IMG/VR virus record: IMGVR_UViG_3300024312_000003
Span: 32,001-96,000 of that record
Source of the DNA: a virus
DNA: 64,000 nt
Direction: 5' to 3' (one strand)
The notes beneath the pieces are model-generated. The model ran no database searches and was not told where the DNA came from. It was given only the letters and a program-made list of their open reading frames with translations. Positions 36,919 through 46,347 of the stretch are shown here, one piece after another (position 1 is the first letter of the stretch; each line of letters starts with the position of its first letter). The position numbers and the translations under genes are program-made.

Positions 36919-36951
36919 AGAGTCTAAGGGTGGAATCCACCCTTAGACTCT
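36919..36951 (-). terminator. Intrinsic terminator
   Basis: agagtctaagggtgg-aat-ccacccttagactct. Confidence 0.75.
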
Positions 36952-36952
36952 C

Positions 36953-37264
36953 TTATGTTTGAACCACAAAGACCCCGTCACTGACGCATACGTCCTTGTA
37001 CAGAATCCTGATCTGGTTACGCATGTTTCGAGTGATCACCGCGTAAAGCTTACCAGTTTCACGGCAGTGAATTTCTGCGATGGAAGCGCGATAGTCGTTC
37101 GCCTGCATGTGCTTGATGCAGTTCAGGACTGCCAAATCCACACGGGTGCTCAGATTCACCTTCATGATTTCTCGCTTGAAGGTGTACGTCGTCTCGATCG
37201 TCAAGATCTTCTTTTTGAGACGGTAGTTACCGTTGTGTGGTTTGGTGTCTTTTGCTTTTGCCAT
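36953..37264 (-). CDS. Small basic hypothetical protein, codon-biased
   Basis: 103 aa with AAGGAAACTAAAATG start and GC-rich third positions. Confidence 0.75.
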   Translation of the reverse strand: MAKAKDTKPHNGNYRLKKKILTIETTYTFKREIMKVNLSTRVDLAVLNCIKHMQANDYRASIAEIHCRETGKLYAVITRNMRNQIRILYKDVCVSDGVFVVQT

Positions 37265-37349
37265 TTTAGTTTCCTTGTTTGACTATTTTAATAATAGTCC
37301 GGTGGTTGAGTATTTATTATTTTTGTTTTAAAGAACGAAGTGGTGCTTC

Positions 37350-37733
37350 TTAATCTTCGATAGCACTGCGATAACCGGGCACCGAAGAGTACATCTCAGG
37401 AACCATGCCCCAGCGGAACCCAAACTCGGAGACGCAGGAGATGTCTTCCAAGTATTCGTCGATTTCAGAAAAGTCTTTGAAATTGATACTCAGGTATCCA
37501 CCTGTCACTTCGGAGAAATGCATGGGGAAATGCTTGAGTCCTTCAAAACTACTGTTCTTGAGAGGAATCATCTCAGAATGGTTGTTGAGGTAGTCGTAAA
37601 ACTCACCGGAGGTGACTACCACACCAACACTGTCGCCACGGGAAGCATAATGCTTACCCTTACCAACGATCTTGTTATCCTTGATGAAGAGAACTTCACC
37701 ATTCGTCATGTTCGAAAGTGCATTGTGATGCAT
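37350..37733 (-). CDS. Hypothetical protein
   Basis: 127 aa ORF with AAGGA RBS. Confidence 0.65.
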   Translation of the reverse strand: MHHNALSNMTNGEVLFIKDNKIVGKGKHYASRGDSVGVVVTSGEFYDYLNNHSEMIPLKNSSFEGLKHFPMHFSEVTGGYLSINFKDFSEIDEYLEDISCVSEFGFRWGMVPEMYSSVPGYRSAIED

Positions 37734-37756
37734 GATTATTCCTTTATGATGATTTA

Positions 37757-38320
37757 TCAGATACTGACCAATCCGTAGTGTTTGATTTCAGGAATGTCCG
37801 GATAAGGACAATTCCATTCCAGTTTCTTGCTGAATCGAGTTGCGATTTCTTGATCGATTTCTTTGATCAAGCGAGCCACTCCCTCAACGATAACTGGCTC
37901 GCGGTCTCGATGAATGTTATCTTTGAGGAACTCGTACTGCTCACTGAGCAGATGATAATGAACCGCCTTGTGTTTCTCGATGGCCTGTGGTAACTTACCG
38001 GGTTCTACAACTACGCGGAACACTCGATCAGCTGTATCAGAGATTTGTCCGTACGATGCGTGTGGATACTGATTGCGGAAGGAGACACCATCGGCAGTCA
38101 GAATGTATCCGTCGTACTTCTTTTCGGGATTCTCCGAAGTATCATTTGCATCACCAACTTTGTGATGTTCGATGACTTCAAGCTCAATGATCTTGAACTT
38201 CCAATTCAAATGGGGGGTTGAAATAACATATCCAATCGAATTGATGATCATTTTAGTAGCTTCATCACTTTCATGATAGAAGCCAATTGCCAAAATCTTT
38301 TCATTGAGTTGATAACGCAT
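37757..38320 (-). CDS. Hypothetical protein (paralog of 42200-42757)
   Basis: MRYQLNEK start and AAAGGAAAC RBS. Confidence 0.7.
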   Translation of the reverse strand: MRYQLNEKILAIGFYHESDEATKMIINSIGYVISTPHLNWKFKIIELEVIEHHKVGDANDTSENPEKKYDGYILTADGVSFRNQYPHASYGQISDTADRVFRVVVEPGKLPQAIEKHKAVHYHLLSEQYEFLKDNIHRDREPVIVEGVARLIKEIDQEIATRFSKKLEWNCPYPDIPEIKHYGLVSI

Positions 38321-38331
38321 TTTGTTTCCTT

Positions 38332-39249
38332 TTACAAGAGTTCGCAGTAATAACCGCCGAGTTCACGATAGAGTTGTTCAGCGGTGTCTTGAGCTTCAAC
38401 AAAATCCACAACTGAACCACTTGTATTAATTGGGATTTTGACATCAATCCATTGACCGAGTTTAGAATTCGGGATACGAACTGACATGACCCATTGAAAC
38501 TCGTAACCAAGCTTCATGTCTTTGAAGCTTCGGAAGTCATATTGATCAATGTTGATGAAATACTTGATACCAGTCGAATCTTTGTATTTCTTCTGGTAAC
38601 ACTCAATCAGACCCGGCTTATTGGTGTATTTTCCAATTCCAACGTAGCCGGAGTTAACCAGAAACTCTGGAGTAATGGGTTGTTCTTTTTGTTTCATCAA
38701 CGCCTGAATGGCTTGGATGGACAAACCAGACCATTTGGTGGACGCGCGATACGGTCTGTCTGAATTGATTCGATCCAGGAAACAGTTGATAGCTTCTTGC
38801 AAACCCTTGGGAGTTTGTTGAAAGTATTGAGATTGGCTACTGTAGTATCCGACATTTTTATCATCAATCATTGTTCGTTCACCAAAACGAACAATGTAAC
38901 AGGATGTCTTGTTACCAGAATAACCAGCATTGAGTTCAAGCTCCAGAGTAACGATGTCTCCGGAATCAGAAATCCAAACCAGAAAGTCTTCACTCTTGTA
39001 TTGATCTTCTGGCAAGATTTCATACATGTCACCCTTCTCACGCATTTGGAAAATGATTTTATCATCCACTGTCAGATTGGTGATTTGAATGAACGGAACG
39101 ATGTAGCGCAGGGCTTCGTATTGGGTGGTTGAACATTCAGTTTCAATATCCTTACCATCTTGCATGTTAACAATCCAGTTATTTGTAGAAGGACTGCGAA
39201 CGATAGACTTGATCTTGATGGTCTTTTGAATGAGTTGATTGATATTCAT
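38332..39249 (-). CDS. Multidomain hypothetical protein
   Basis: 305 aa ORF. Confidence 0.7.
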   Translation of the reverse strand: MNINQLIQKTIKIKSIVRSPSTNNWIVNMQDGKDIETECSTTQYEALRYIVPFIQITNLTVDDKIIFQMREKGDMYEILPEDQYKSEDFLVWISDSGDIVTLELELNAGYSGNKTSCYIVRFGERTMIDDKNVGYYSSQSQYFQQTPKGLQEAINCFLDRINSDRPYRASTKWSGLSIQAIQALMKQKEQPITPEFLVNSGYVGIGKYTNKPGLIECYQKKYKDSTGIKYFINIDQYDFRSFKDMKLGYEFQWVMSVRIPNSKLGQWIDVKIPINTSGSVVDFVEAQDTAEQLYRELGGYYCELL

Positions 39250-39274
39250 GATTTTTTAAAAGATAATAGCTAGT

Positions 39275-39493
39275 TTATTGAATGTAAGGATGGAGTTCAG
39301 CGTATTCTGGGTGATTGCGATATTTGTTTTGGAAATTCTCAGCATCTCCAAGATCGGAGAAGTAAGCTTTTAGCAAGTCACCACTGGTTTGATAAGTCAT
39401 GTCCTTTCGATACCAGAAAGTAACAACGTACTTCGTATCTTCTTGCGGAATATCGATTCCACCTAGAGAAATGATGTCTTGATAATAGCTCAT
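39275..39493 (-). CDS. Hypothetical protein (paralog of 43326-43538)
   Basis: ISLGG...AYF...AE.F pattern. Confidence 0.6.
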   Translation of the reverse strand: MSYYQDIISLGGIDIPQEDTKYVVTFWYRKDMTYQTSGDLLKAYFSDLGDAENFQNKYRNHPEYAELHPYIQ

Positions 39494-39533
39494 GATTTAT
39501 ACTTAATTTTAAACAAATGAAATATGCATACGG

Positions 39534-39571
39534 ACTAAATTGGAATAAGATTAATCTTATTCCAATTTAGT
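39534..39571. terminator. Long hairpin/terminator abutting a promoter motif
   Basis: actaaattggaataaga-ttaa-tcttattccaatttagt. Confidence 0.7.
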
Positions 39572-39585
39572 TATATGTATCTGAA
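39570..39585 (-). promoter_or_regulatory. Putative early promoter (TTCAGATACATATAAC)
   Basis: Recurrent motif. Confidence 0.55.
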
Positions 39586-39592
39586 ATTAATT

Positions 39593-39898
39593 TCATTGAA
39601 TTGGATTGTTTTTGAACATCTCCTTCACTTCATCAATTGTTTTATCGATAAAGATGGAAATAACTTTAAAATGCCATTCTTCCTGAGGAGGAAAAGGAAT
39701 GTTTGTGTTGAATATTTCTGTGAATGTTTTCCATCTCAGAGGAATCAGTTCAGGAGAAGAATAAGAGATAGATGATTTCAAACTTTCCAATTGATGAATG
39801 AAATCATTATTTTCCCCAGGAATTTCTTTCAAAATACTTTCGACAACATCCTCGATTTTTCTGTCAGACGGTGTTTGTTGTGTCATTCTAATTTCCAA
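39593..39898 (-). CDS. Hypothetical protein
   Basis: 101 aa ORF. Confidence 0.6.
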   Translation of the reverse strand: MEIRMTQQTPSDRKIEDVVESILKEIPGENNDFIHQLESLKSSISYSSPELIPLRWKTFTEIFNTNIPFPPQEEWHFKVISIFIDKTIDEVKEMFKNNPIQ

Positions 39899-39966
39899 TT
39901 AAATTGGTTGGTGATAGGGCTGGATTCAAATCCAGATTACCCCAAATGATGTTTTTCACAATTACC

Positions 39967-40200
39967 TCACTGAGTCATGTCGGTTCGAGAACGAACCATG
40001 GCTTTTGCTTTCTCATCGCTCTTTTCATTGTAGAGTCGATCGAGGAAGTTCTTGTCAGTATTGCAGCGCTCGAGTTTCATGAACTGATGAAAGCCCTGAC
40101 CCCAGCGCAAATGCTTGTTGTTGTGATGGTATTGCTGCACCATCGAATTGCTGAAAGTCACCATGCCGGTGTTGGAGATGTTGAAGTTTTCTTTTGCCAT
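39967..40200 (-). CDS. Hypothetical protein
   Basis: 77 aa with AAAGGAAACTAAAATG start and LRWGQ motif. Confidence 0.7.
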   Translation of the reverse strand: MAKENFNISNTGMVTFSNSMVQQYHHNNKHLRWGQGFHQFMKLERCNTDKNFLDRLYNEKSDEKAKAMVRSRTDMTQ

Positions 40201-40235
40201 TTTAGTTTCCTTTGATGTTTGTTTGGATTTCTGGA

Positions 40236-40559
40236 TTAATCGTCAATGAACTTAATCCAAGACTCACCAATTGGTTTGTAAATGTCGATCTTATCGAAGT
40301 ACTTGTTTCCTCGATGATCTTCCTTGGGAATGTCGTGAAAACCAATCAACTCCTTAGGAGCGTCACTGGTTTGATGATGATTCTCGTCGTAACCATTGGT
40401 GGTGTCAACCGAATGATAGACGTCAAGTTTTGCCTTACAATGCGGACAGATTCGGGTCTGAAACATCGATTCTGGCATGTGGTAGTTTGACAATGTTGCG
40501 TTTTCGGTGAAGTAGTGACCATTGACACAAATCACTTCTTCGTAACCGCGATATCCCAT
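40236..40559 (-). CDS. Zn-ribbon-like hypothetical protein
   Basis: Start moved to MGYRGY. ICVNGH...ICPHC. Confidence 0.6.
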   Translation of the reverse strand: MGYRGYEEVICVNGHYFTENATLSNYHMPESMFQTRICPHCKAKLDVYHSVDTTNGYDENHHQTSDAPKELIGFHDIPKEDHRGNKYFDKIDIYKPIGESWIKFIDD

Positions 40560-40581
40560 TTTAACCTCGTTGTACGTTTGA

Positions 40582-40809
40582 TCAGTTCGGATTGAAGACG
40601 GGAGTGGTACGAACCCACTCTTTACCAATTCGCTCGTAATTGGTATCTTCACCATTTGCGTAAAAGTCAATGGCTCGAGCTGCGCCAGCGCCGTAACCTG
40701 CCTTGGTGAACGCATCTTCAATGGTTTCACCGGTCACGACTTCTCGCTTACCATCCAGCCAGTAGATGGTGAATTTGTTCAGAGGCTTTTCTTCAGTATT
40801 AGTATTCAT
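40582..40809 (-). CDS. Hypothetical protein
   Basis: Start moved to MNTNTEE. FTIYWLDGKREVVTGETIEDAF. Confidence 0.65.
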   Translation of the reverse strand: MNTNTEEKPLNKFTIYWLDGKREVVTGETIEDAFTKAGYGAGAARAIDFYANGEDTNYERIGKEWVRTTPVFNPN

Positions 40810-40870
40810 GATTTTTCTTAAGAGATGTCTAAAATTCAAACGATGAGTCAGATGGATGAAATCATACAGC

Positions 40871-40906
40871 AGGAGAATACATGTATCGAGTATTCTCCTT
40901 TTTATG
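40871..40906 (-). terminator. Intrinsic terminator
   Basis: aggagaatac-atgtatcga-gtattctcct. Confidence 0.65.
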
Positions 40907-40920
40907 CTGTAAATCATGAT

Positions 40921-41421
40921 TTACATGATTGCTTCAATCCAAGGATTCACATTGAAAAGATCGAGATCTTCATTTTCCAACCAAGGTTCAACCGTGGACA
41001 GGAGGAAATTGTTGATCTTGTCGAAATTGACAGAAGCAATGAATTTTGGTTCAGCCAAAATCAACAATTTAACGACTTGAAGACGATTGAGTTCATGATT
41101 GAATCGATAACGAACGTGTTCGTCATTGATCGGATTGGTGAACTTCCAATACGCTGACTTAGGAGATTCCTTCCGAGGAAGCAACTTACGCTGCGAATCG
41201 ATGCCTTGAAACTTCTCGCTGATAATGCCCCAGTTGAACTGCTTTTGCAAACAATCAACAGGCATGGTTGTGAATGAACTGATTTCGGTGATCGAGTACG
41301 ATTTCACATCATGATTCTTTTCGACCATCATGATGACTTCGAACAAAGAGCTTTTATCCGAAACGCTGAGGTGATAACCAATGTTACCAACCCCACTTTG
41401 AATGTGAATGATGTATTGCAC
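40921..41421 (-). CDS. Hypothetical protein
   Basis: 166 aa ORF. Confidence 0.6.
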   Translation of the reverse strand: MQYIIHIQSGVGNIGYHLSVSDKSSLFEVIMMVEKNHDVKSYSITEISSFTTMPVDCLQKQFNWGIISEKFQGIDSQRKLLPRKESPKSAYWKFTNPINDEHVRYRFNHELNRLQVVKLLILAEPKFIASVNFDKINNFLLSTVEPWLENEDLDLFNVNPWIEAIM

Positions 41422-41426
41422 GATAA

Positions 41427-41888
41427 TTACTCCTTGAGTTTGGATTCGATGATTTTAACGAACTTATCTGTGAAATAAAATTCGTATTGAATTTCCTGAG
41501 ATGGGAGGTAACCGCATTCGCCAAAACAGAACAGAGTCTCTTTTGTGAATCGCATGGATCCGTGAATTCGTAAAATTTCGTTAGTAAATACAACGTCATC
41601 GTACGATCTCTCATAATGGTACGTTCTGGGAGATTTGAACATCTCAAAGAAGACAACCAGTTCTTTACCGAATTCCTTCTTCAAATCAAACACCACAGTT
41701 TTTGTTTCACTGTAGGGTCTGATACGGGATTGCATGTCTCCAGTGGCCTGGTAAAAACCATGTTCCGGAGTCATGAACATCACAAGACTTTTGTACAGCT
41801 TGATCTTTTGTTCGTCATTCAAAATACTCAGTCGTTGTGAGAGAGTGCCGTTCTCAGAAATGGCTTTGGAGAGTGCGTTTTTGAACAC
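41427..41888 (-). CDS. Hypothetical protein
   Basis: Start moved to the GTG (MFKNALS) preceded by AAGGA. Confidence 0.55.
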   Translation of the reverse strand: MFKNALSKAISENGTLSQRLSILNDEQKIKLYKSLVMFMTPEHGFYQATGDMQSRIRPYSETKTVVFDLKKEFGKELVVFFEMFKSPRTYHYERSYDDVVFTNEILRIHGSMRFTKETLFCFGECGYLPSQEIQYEFYFTDKFVKIIESKLKE

Positions 41889-41901
41889 GATTGTCCTTCT
41901 A

Positions 41902-42186
41902 TTAAAGATTAACGATTTGCAGCAAACCGTTTTTGATGTTGATCTGCAACCATGTCCGAACATTGTCGGGACCATCAATGGACATCATGGCCTGGATGTC
42001 TTTATGGTAATAAGTTGGGTGTGTTTGATCGATTTCCGGATAAATGGTCTTCATGATCCATTGGCCGAAAGTCAGATCGAGGTTTTCGTTCTTACAAATA
42101 GCTTGTTCGAACAACTCAAGAAGCTTTTGAGAGAACTTGATTCGGGCGTCAAGCTTTTCCACCGTGTCTTCGTTACTGTTATTCAT
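41902..42186 (-). CDS. Hypothetical protein
   Basis: Start moved to MNNSNED with AAGGAG RBS. Confidence 0.6.
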   Translation of the reverse strand: MNNSNEDTVEKLDARIKFSQKLLELFEQAICKNENLDLTFGQWIMKTIYPEIDQTHPTYYHKDIQAMMSIDGPDNVRTWLQINIKNGLLQIVNL

Positions 42187-42199
42187 GATGGTTTTCTCC

Positions 42200-42757
42200 T
42201 TAGATCGGTTCGAACGTGGCTTTCGGAATGTGCGATACTCGATCGCCGAATTTGTAATACCCGGCAATGACCTTGAGCTTCAGCTCCTTAGCTACGAGTT
42301 CAACCATGTCATCGTAGTGCTTTTGCAAAGCAGGAAGCCAGTTCTTTGCATTGGTTCGCTCTTCGACGGAATCTGACGATTCCGATTGTTCTTTGAAGTC
42401 TCGCAAACCACGCAGGATCGTGCCGAAGAATTCCTGCAATGTCTCCATGTTGGCGATGGTGTTTTCATCATCCCAATCGATCTGGCGATCAACCTTAAGT
42501 TTGGTCAGATGCGCTCGATCACCGGAATAATGCATTTGAAACTCATCGCCATTTTGACGAATGAATTTGTGAACAAACACTTCGGTACCTGGTTCGGAGT
42601 CAACCTGAACCTTTCCGACAAAAGTCAACATCTCAAGATGGATCTTGATGATCTTGTCTTCAGGTTCCCAGGGGTAATACAGATTACCAAACCGAGGACT
42701 GCTGGTTTTGAACTTGAAAGAAATGAATGGGACTTGTTCGTTGATTTGATAACGCAT
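42200..42757 (-). CDS. Hypothetical protein (paralog of 37757-38320)
   Basis: MRYQINEQ start and AAGGA RBS. Confidence 0.7.
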   Translation of the reverse strand: MRYQINEQVPFISFKFKTSSPRFGNLYYPWEPEDKIIKIHLEMLTFVGKVQVDSEPGTEVFVHKFIRQNGDEFQMHYSGDRAHLTKLKVDRQIDWDDENTIANMETLQEFFGTILRGLRDFKEQSESSDSVEERTNAKNWLPALQKHYDDMVELVAKELKLKVIAGYYKFGDRVSHIPKATFEPI

Positions 42758-42799
42758 GATGGTTCCTTTAAGATTTATGTTTAGTTTGAAAATAATTAT

Positions 42800-43324
42800 T
42801 TATTTCTTGGAGTATTGGTCAGAAATGGCACGTTCAAAAATGTCGTTCGAGTAACGATCGCGATCGACGTGCTGACCTTCTTTATCAAAGACCAACCAAA
42901 GACCGCCTTTCTCGATGTCTTCACGCTTACAGCGATAGTGAAGATCACCGTCGATCCAGATCTCGAATTCCTGATCGTCGATTTCTTTTCGAAATTCATG
43001 ACGCGACAGTGAATCCAAAGCCTGCTTTACCGGACCATCTTGGGTGATTTGTTTGATCAACCACTCTTCAATAGACACCCAGCCGGATTCTGTTTGTCGA
43101 ACAGTCTGTGACCAGGGATACTCGTAAGACAGCAGATAGACCAGCAGAATCTTGCCGTACGAAATATTGTTTTCTTTTCCAAGACCAGAGTATTGACGAG
43201 CCTTATCTCCGTGAGCGGTCAGCATCAAAGACAAAGGTTGCTTGATGTTGAGTTGTTGACAGAACTTGACAGAAACGTCTTCAACGTACTGATAGGGAAC
43301 GTTGAGAAAAGGAGTGTGTTTCAT
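42800..43324 (-). CDS. Hypothetical protein
   Basis: Start moved to MKHTPF, directly after the upstream stop. Confidence 0.55.
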   Translation of the reverse strand: MKHTPFLNVPYQYVEDVSVKFCQQLNIKQPLSLMLTAHGDKARQYSGLGKENNISYGKILLVYLLSYEYPWSQTVRQTESGWVSIEEWLIKQITQDGPVKQALDSLSRHEFRKEIDDQEFEIWIDGDLHYRCKREDIEKGGLWLVFDKEGQHVDRDRYSNDIFERAISDQYSKK

Positions 43325-43325
43325 C

Positions 43326-43538
43326 TTAAGCCTTGTAAGGAATGATGATTGCCAGTTGTTCAGAACGACAGCTCTTGAAGAATTTTTCAGCATTTTCAAT
43401 GCAGTCGAAGTATGCATTGACTGGATATGCCATTTCGTAATCGTAGCCACCGGGAATGTGGTAGTAACTCACCAGGTGAGACGTATTTTCTTCAGGGTTG
43501 ATTGTTCCACCCAAAGAAATAGCGGTTTGAATATTCAT
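43326..43538 (-). CDS. Hypothetical protein (paralog of 39275-39493)
   Basis: ISLGG...AYF...AEKF pattern. Confidence 0.6.
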   Translation of the reverse strand: MNIQTAISLGGTINPEENTSHLVSYYHIPGGYDYEMAYPVNAYFDCIENAEKFFKSCRSEQLAIIIPYKA

Positions 43539-43542
43539 GATC

Positions 43543-44043
43543 TTACTTGTTAAAGTTTCGGATCATCAAATCCAATTCAATACTGGATTCAGTATTGAGA
43601 CCAATCAGTGTGGTTGACACAATCGGTCGCTCGATTGGTACGTCAAACAGCTTGTGACTGCTGGTCCGGATTTGAATGACACATTTGAATTCGCAGCGTT
43701 CACGGCGAAACACGCAGTCGTCATAAGAGCGATCGCGATAAACTGCCTGAGTTACCGGAAGAATCCAGATGCTGGTATAGGTGATGTCTTGACGACCAAG
43801 ATCATCGTTTTGCCGATTTCCGATGAACATCTCTTGATTTTTGATGACATCGTAAATCTCAGGACTGAGTTGGATTCCTTTGACTTCCAACTCAGTCAAC
43901 TGGACAAAACTGGCTTTCTTGATGATCTCGTGTTTGAGCCACTTGATGATCTGTTGGCGTTGTTCAACAGGAATTTCTTCAAAACACTGATGTGTTGTTT
44001 TATCAGTGATCTGACTGATAAGCTCTTTTTGGCTTTCGCTCAT
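43543..44043 (-). CDS. Hypothetical protein
   Basis: 166 aa ORF with ATGA overlap. Confidence 0.65.
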   Translation of the reverse strand: MSESQKELISQITDKTTHQCFEEIPVEQRQQIIKWLKHEIIKKASFVQLTELEVKGIQLSPEIYDVIKNQEMFIGNRQNDDLGRQDITYTSIWILPVTQAVYRDRSYDDCVFRRERCEFKCVIQIRTSSHKLFDVPIERPIVSTTLIGLNTESSIELDLMIRNFNK

Positions 44044-44486
44044 TGTGTTTCTCCCTGATTGTTGAAGATCTCACGAAACATCTTTTGCATGAATGCAAGT
44101 CCAATGACTGCCGCTACTTTAGAGATTGCTATGGATGTGTCGTGATAAAGTCTATGAGGTTTGCTATTATTAACGAGCAAATCGTATTCATTTTGCAGAA
44201 GATAATCACCGAGTTCATCGACGTGATCTTCGTTGATTTTGATACCGATGTTACCGTGACTGTACTGAATGTTCAGTCGGAGATCCACCGCCAGCATTTG
44301 CGCTTGAACTGGATCATATGTTGGATACCAGTAGAGACCTCGAATATGATCGATGTCGACCAGCAAATTATCCAGCTCTTTTAAAAAACTATTTTTGTAT
44401 TGAGCATTATCGAACATCTCTCGATTATGAGCAATCGCAGTCAGGGCGAGAATTTCAATATTCGAAAAGTTATTGAGTTCGTTCAT
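44040..44486 (-). CDS. Hypothetical protein
   Basis: 148 aa ORF. Confidence 0.65.
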   Translation of the reverse strand: MNELNNFSNIEILALTAIAHNREMFDNAQYKNSFLKELDNLLVDIDHIRGLYWYPTYDPVQAQMLAVDLRLNIQYSHGNIGIKINEDHVDELGDYLLQNEYDLLVNNSKPHRLYHDTSIAISKVAAVIGLAFMQKMFREIFNNQGETQ

Positions 44487-44490
44487 GATT

Positions 44491-44844
44491 TCAGTAGCTA
44501 AAAAGGTTGTCGATTTCTTCCTTGCTCAAAACTCGATATTTGCAAGGAGTGTTGATCTGGGCTTTTTGCTTATCAGCAGAAGTCCACGAGTTTTCTTTTT
44601 TATGCTCGCAAACCCCAGAAGCCTGAAAGTAAGAAGAATCTTTGAGTTCACCATCGTATTCAATCTCGATGATGACTGCTTCACCATGACGAATGTGTCT
44701 GGATGCACCTTTGTTCTTCTTGGACGAGATTCGTTCGTACCAAGTAAAAGCTTCCATGAACTTGTTGGTAACAGTTCCAGGAATATAGTTGTTCTTCAAG
44801 TCATTCTTGAGAACGCCTTTGTAGAATTTCATTTTGAAACTCAA
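44491..44844 (-). CDS. Hypothetical protein
   Basis: 117 aa ORF. Confidence 0.55.
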   Translation of the reverse strand: MSFKMKFYKGVLKNDLKNNYIPGTVTNKFMEAFTWYERISSKKNKGASRHIRHGEAVIIEIEYDGELKDSSYFQASGVCEHKKENSWTSADKQKAQINTPCKYRVLSKEEIDNLFSY

Positions 44845-45037
44845 GAAGGTTATTAGCCTTCTTGAGTAATTAAAGTCTGTCTATTTTTAATTAGACACTG
44901 TTATTCAAACCGACTTGTGGGATCGGAAGAGAGCCAAGAATTGGTACAAAGATTAATGAATTGCCATGTGAATTCAGGAAAGTCTGGTTCACAAAACTCA
45001 CGAGTCAGATCGTAGATTCGATAAATGTCAACCACGA

Positions 45038-45409
45038 TTATTTACCCATGCTTTCTTCAATGATCACGTTCAGAATGATGGACACCTCCACTGGGTCATT
45101 GATGTACCCGACCACTTCGGAGTAACCCATTTTCTCAGAAACGATTTGGGTAAATCGTTCGGTGACATCTTGTTTGTAATGCAGATCGTTTTCGTCCGCG
45201 CGTTTGAAGACACGAACTTCAGTGCGCGTCAAGTCACCATCGCCGTGACTGGAATCCATGGCAATGGAGATCTGATAGTCACCGATGGTCATGACTGTGT
45301 TGGTCTGACGCATTTTACTGCGACGCAGCTCCTCATTGTTTTCGATCATGTTGTAATGAGCGCGAGGAGTATAAATTTGGCGGTTACCGATGATGCGATT
45401 GTAGTTCAT
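45038..45409 (-). CDS. Hypothetical protein
   Basis: 123 aa ORF. Confidence 0.6.
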   Translation of the reverse strand: MNYNRIIGNRQIYTPRAHYNMIENNEELRRSKMRQTNTVMTIGDYQISIAMDSSHGDGDLTRTEVRVFKRADENDLHYKQDVTERFTQIVSEKMGYSEVVGYINDPVEVSIILNVIIEESMGK

Positions 45410-45414
45410 GATTA

Positions 45415-45981
45415 TTACCTGTTTCTGATTCGATTAATGATTTCGTCACGACCAAAGCCAGTGACACGATTTTGTCGGTAGAAAAACTTTTTGAGAAATT
45501 GAAAAGGAGAAATCAGTTTTTGAATGGTGGAAGCTTGCTTGTGTTTGATGATCTGGACGTGAGTTTGCAAACTTGCAAAATGAATTTCTTGTACCAAGTC
45601 ATCAAAAGGAGTAGCCCAGTACCATTGGAATTCAGACTTAATAGCCTGCGCATCGATTATCTGATCGACTTCAGAATCAATCAGTTTTTGATTAATACCG
45701 TTGACCTGATTGTTTGTGTTTTTGTATTTTGTTTTCGAAGCCGGAATCAGAATTCGACTCATGTTGAGTTTTTCTTCAAATGAGACGATGATGGTGTAGA
45801 TTGGCAAATCGGTGATGGATTCAATCACTGAGATGCTGAGGCCGGCTTCGTCGAAAATCAAGTTTACATCGACGAGTCTGGAATCAGTGTTCCAAATGAC
45901 GGCGTCTTGCAAACGCATCAGGAGTTGTGTCAGTTTCTGAGTCTTGAAAAATGGATGGCAAGAATAGGAATTGTATTGCAT
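45415..45981 (-). CDS. Hypothetical protein
   Basis: 188 aa ORF. Confidence 0.6.
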   Translation of the reverse strand: MQYNSYSCHPFFKTQKLTQLLMRLQDAVIWNTDSRLVDVNLIFDEAGLSISVIESITDLPIYTIIVSFEEKLNMSRILIPASKTKYKNTNNQVNGINQKLIDSEVDQIIDAQAIKSEFQWYWATPFDDLVQEIHFASLQTHVQIIKHKQASTIQKLISPFQFLKKFFYRQNRVTGFGRDEIINRIRNR

Positions 45982-46036
45982 GATTTTAAATTGATTAGTT
46001 TGTTTATGTTGAAGCTAACTCGTAATCCCAACATAA

Positions 46037-46064
46037 ACAGAGAGTGGAATAGTCCACTCTCTGT
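46037..46064 (-). terminator. Intrinsic terminator
   Basis: acagagagtgga-atag-tccactctctgt. Confidence 0.7.
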
Positions 46065-46077
46065 AATCACGATTAGC

Positions 46078-46281
46078 TTATGGCTTGTGAATTAATTGAC
46101 GGGGCTTGCGAACGCCTGAATTATGAATTTCAGGAATATACACAACCACATCAACTCCGCCAGCTACAGTGTGTGACTTACGTGTTTCAATCACAACACC
46201 AGCTGGATAACTGGTTTGCAAAAGAATACGAGAGGCCAGAGTACTGGTTCGCCGACGGACGCCAACTCGAGTGTCACTCAT
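46078..46281 (-). CDS. Small basic hypothetical protein
   Basis: 67 aa with AAAGGAG RBS. Confidence 0.55.
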   Translation of the reverse strand: MSDTRVGVRRRTSTLASRILLQTSYPAGVVIETRKSHTVAGGVDVVVYIPEIHNSGVRKPRQLIHKP

Positions 46282-46347
46282 ATTGGCTCCTTTCTTATTT
46301 GTTGCTTCATCAGATACATGACTCTGATAAAAAACTCATAGGTGGGG

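Noticed and set aside
44491-44844. Possible third ART-like protein (FYKG start)
   Set aside because: Only a four-residue resemblance, with no supporting downstream motif.
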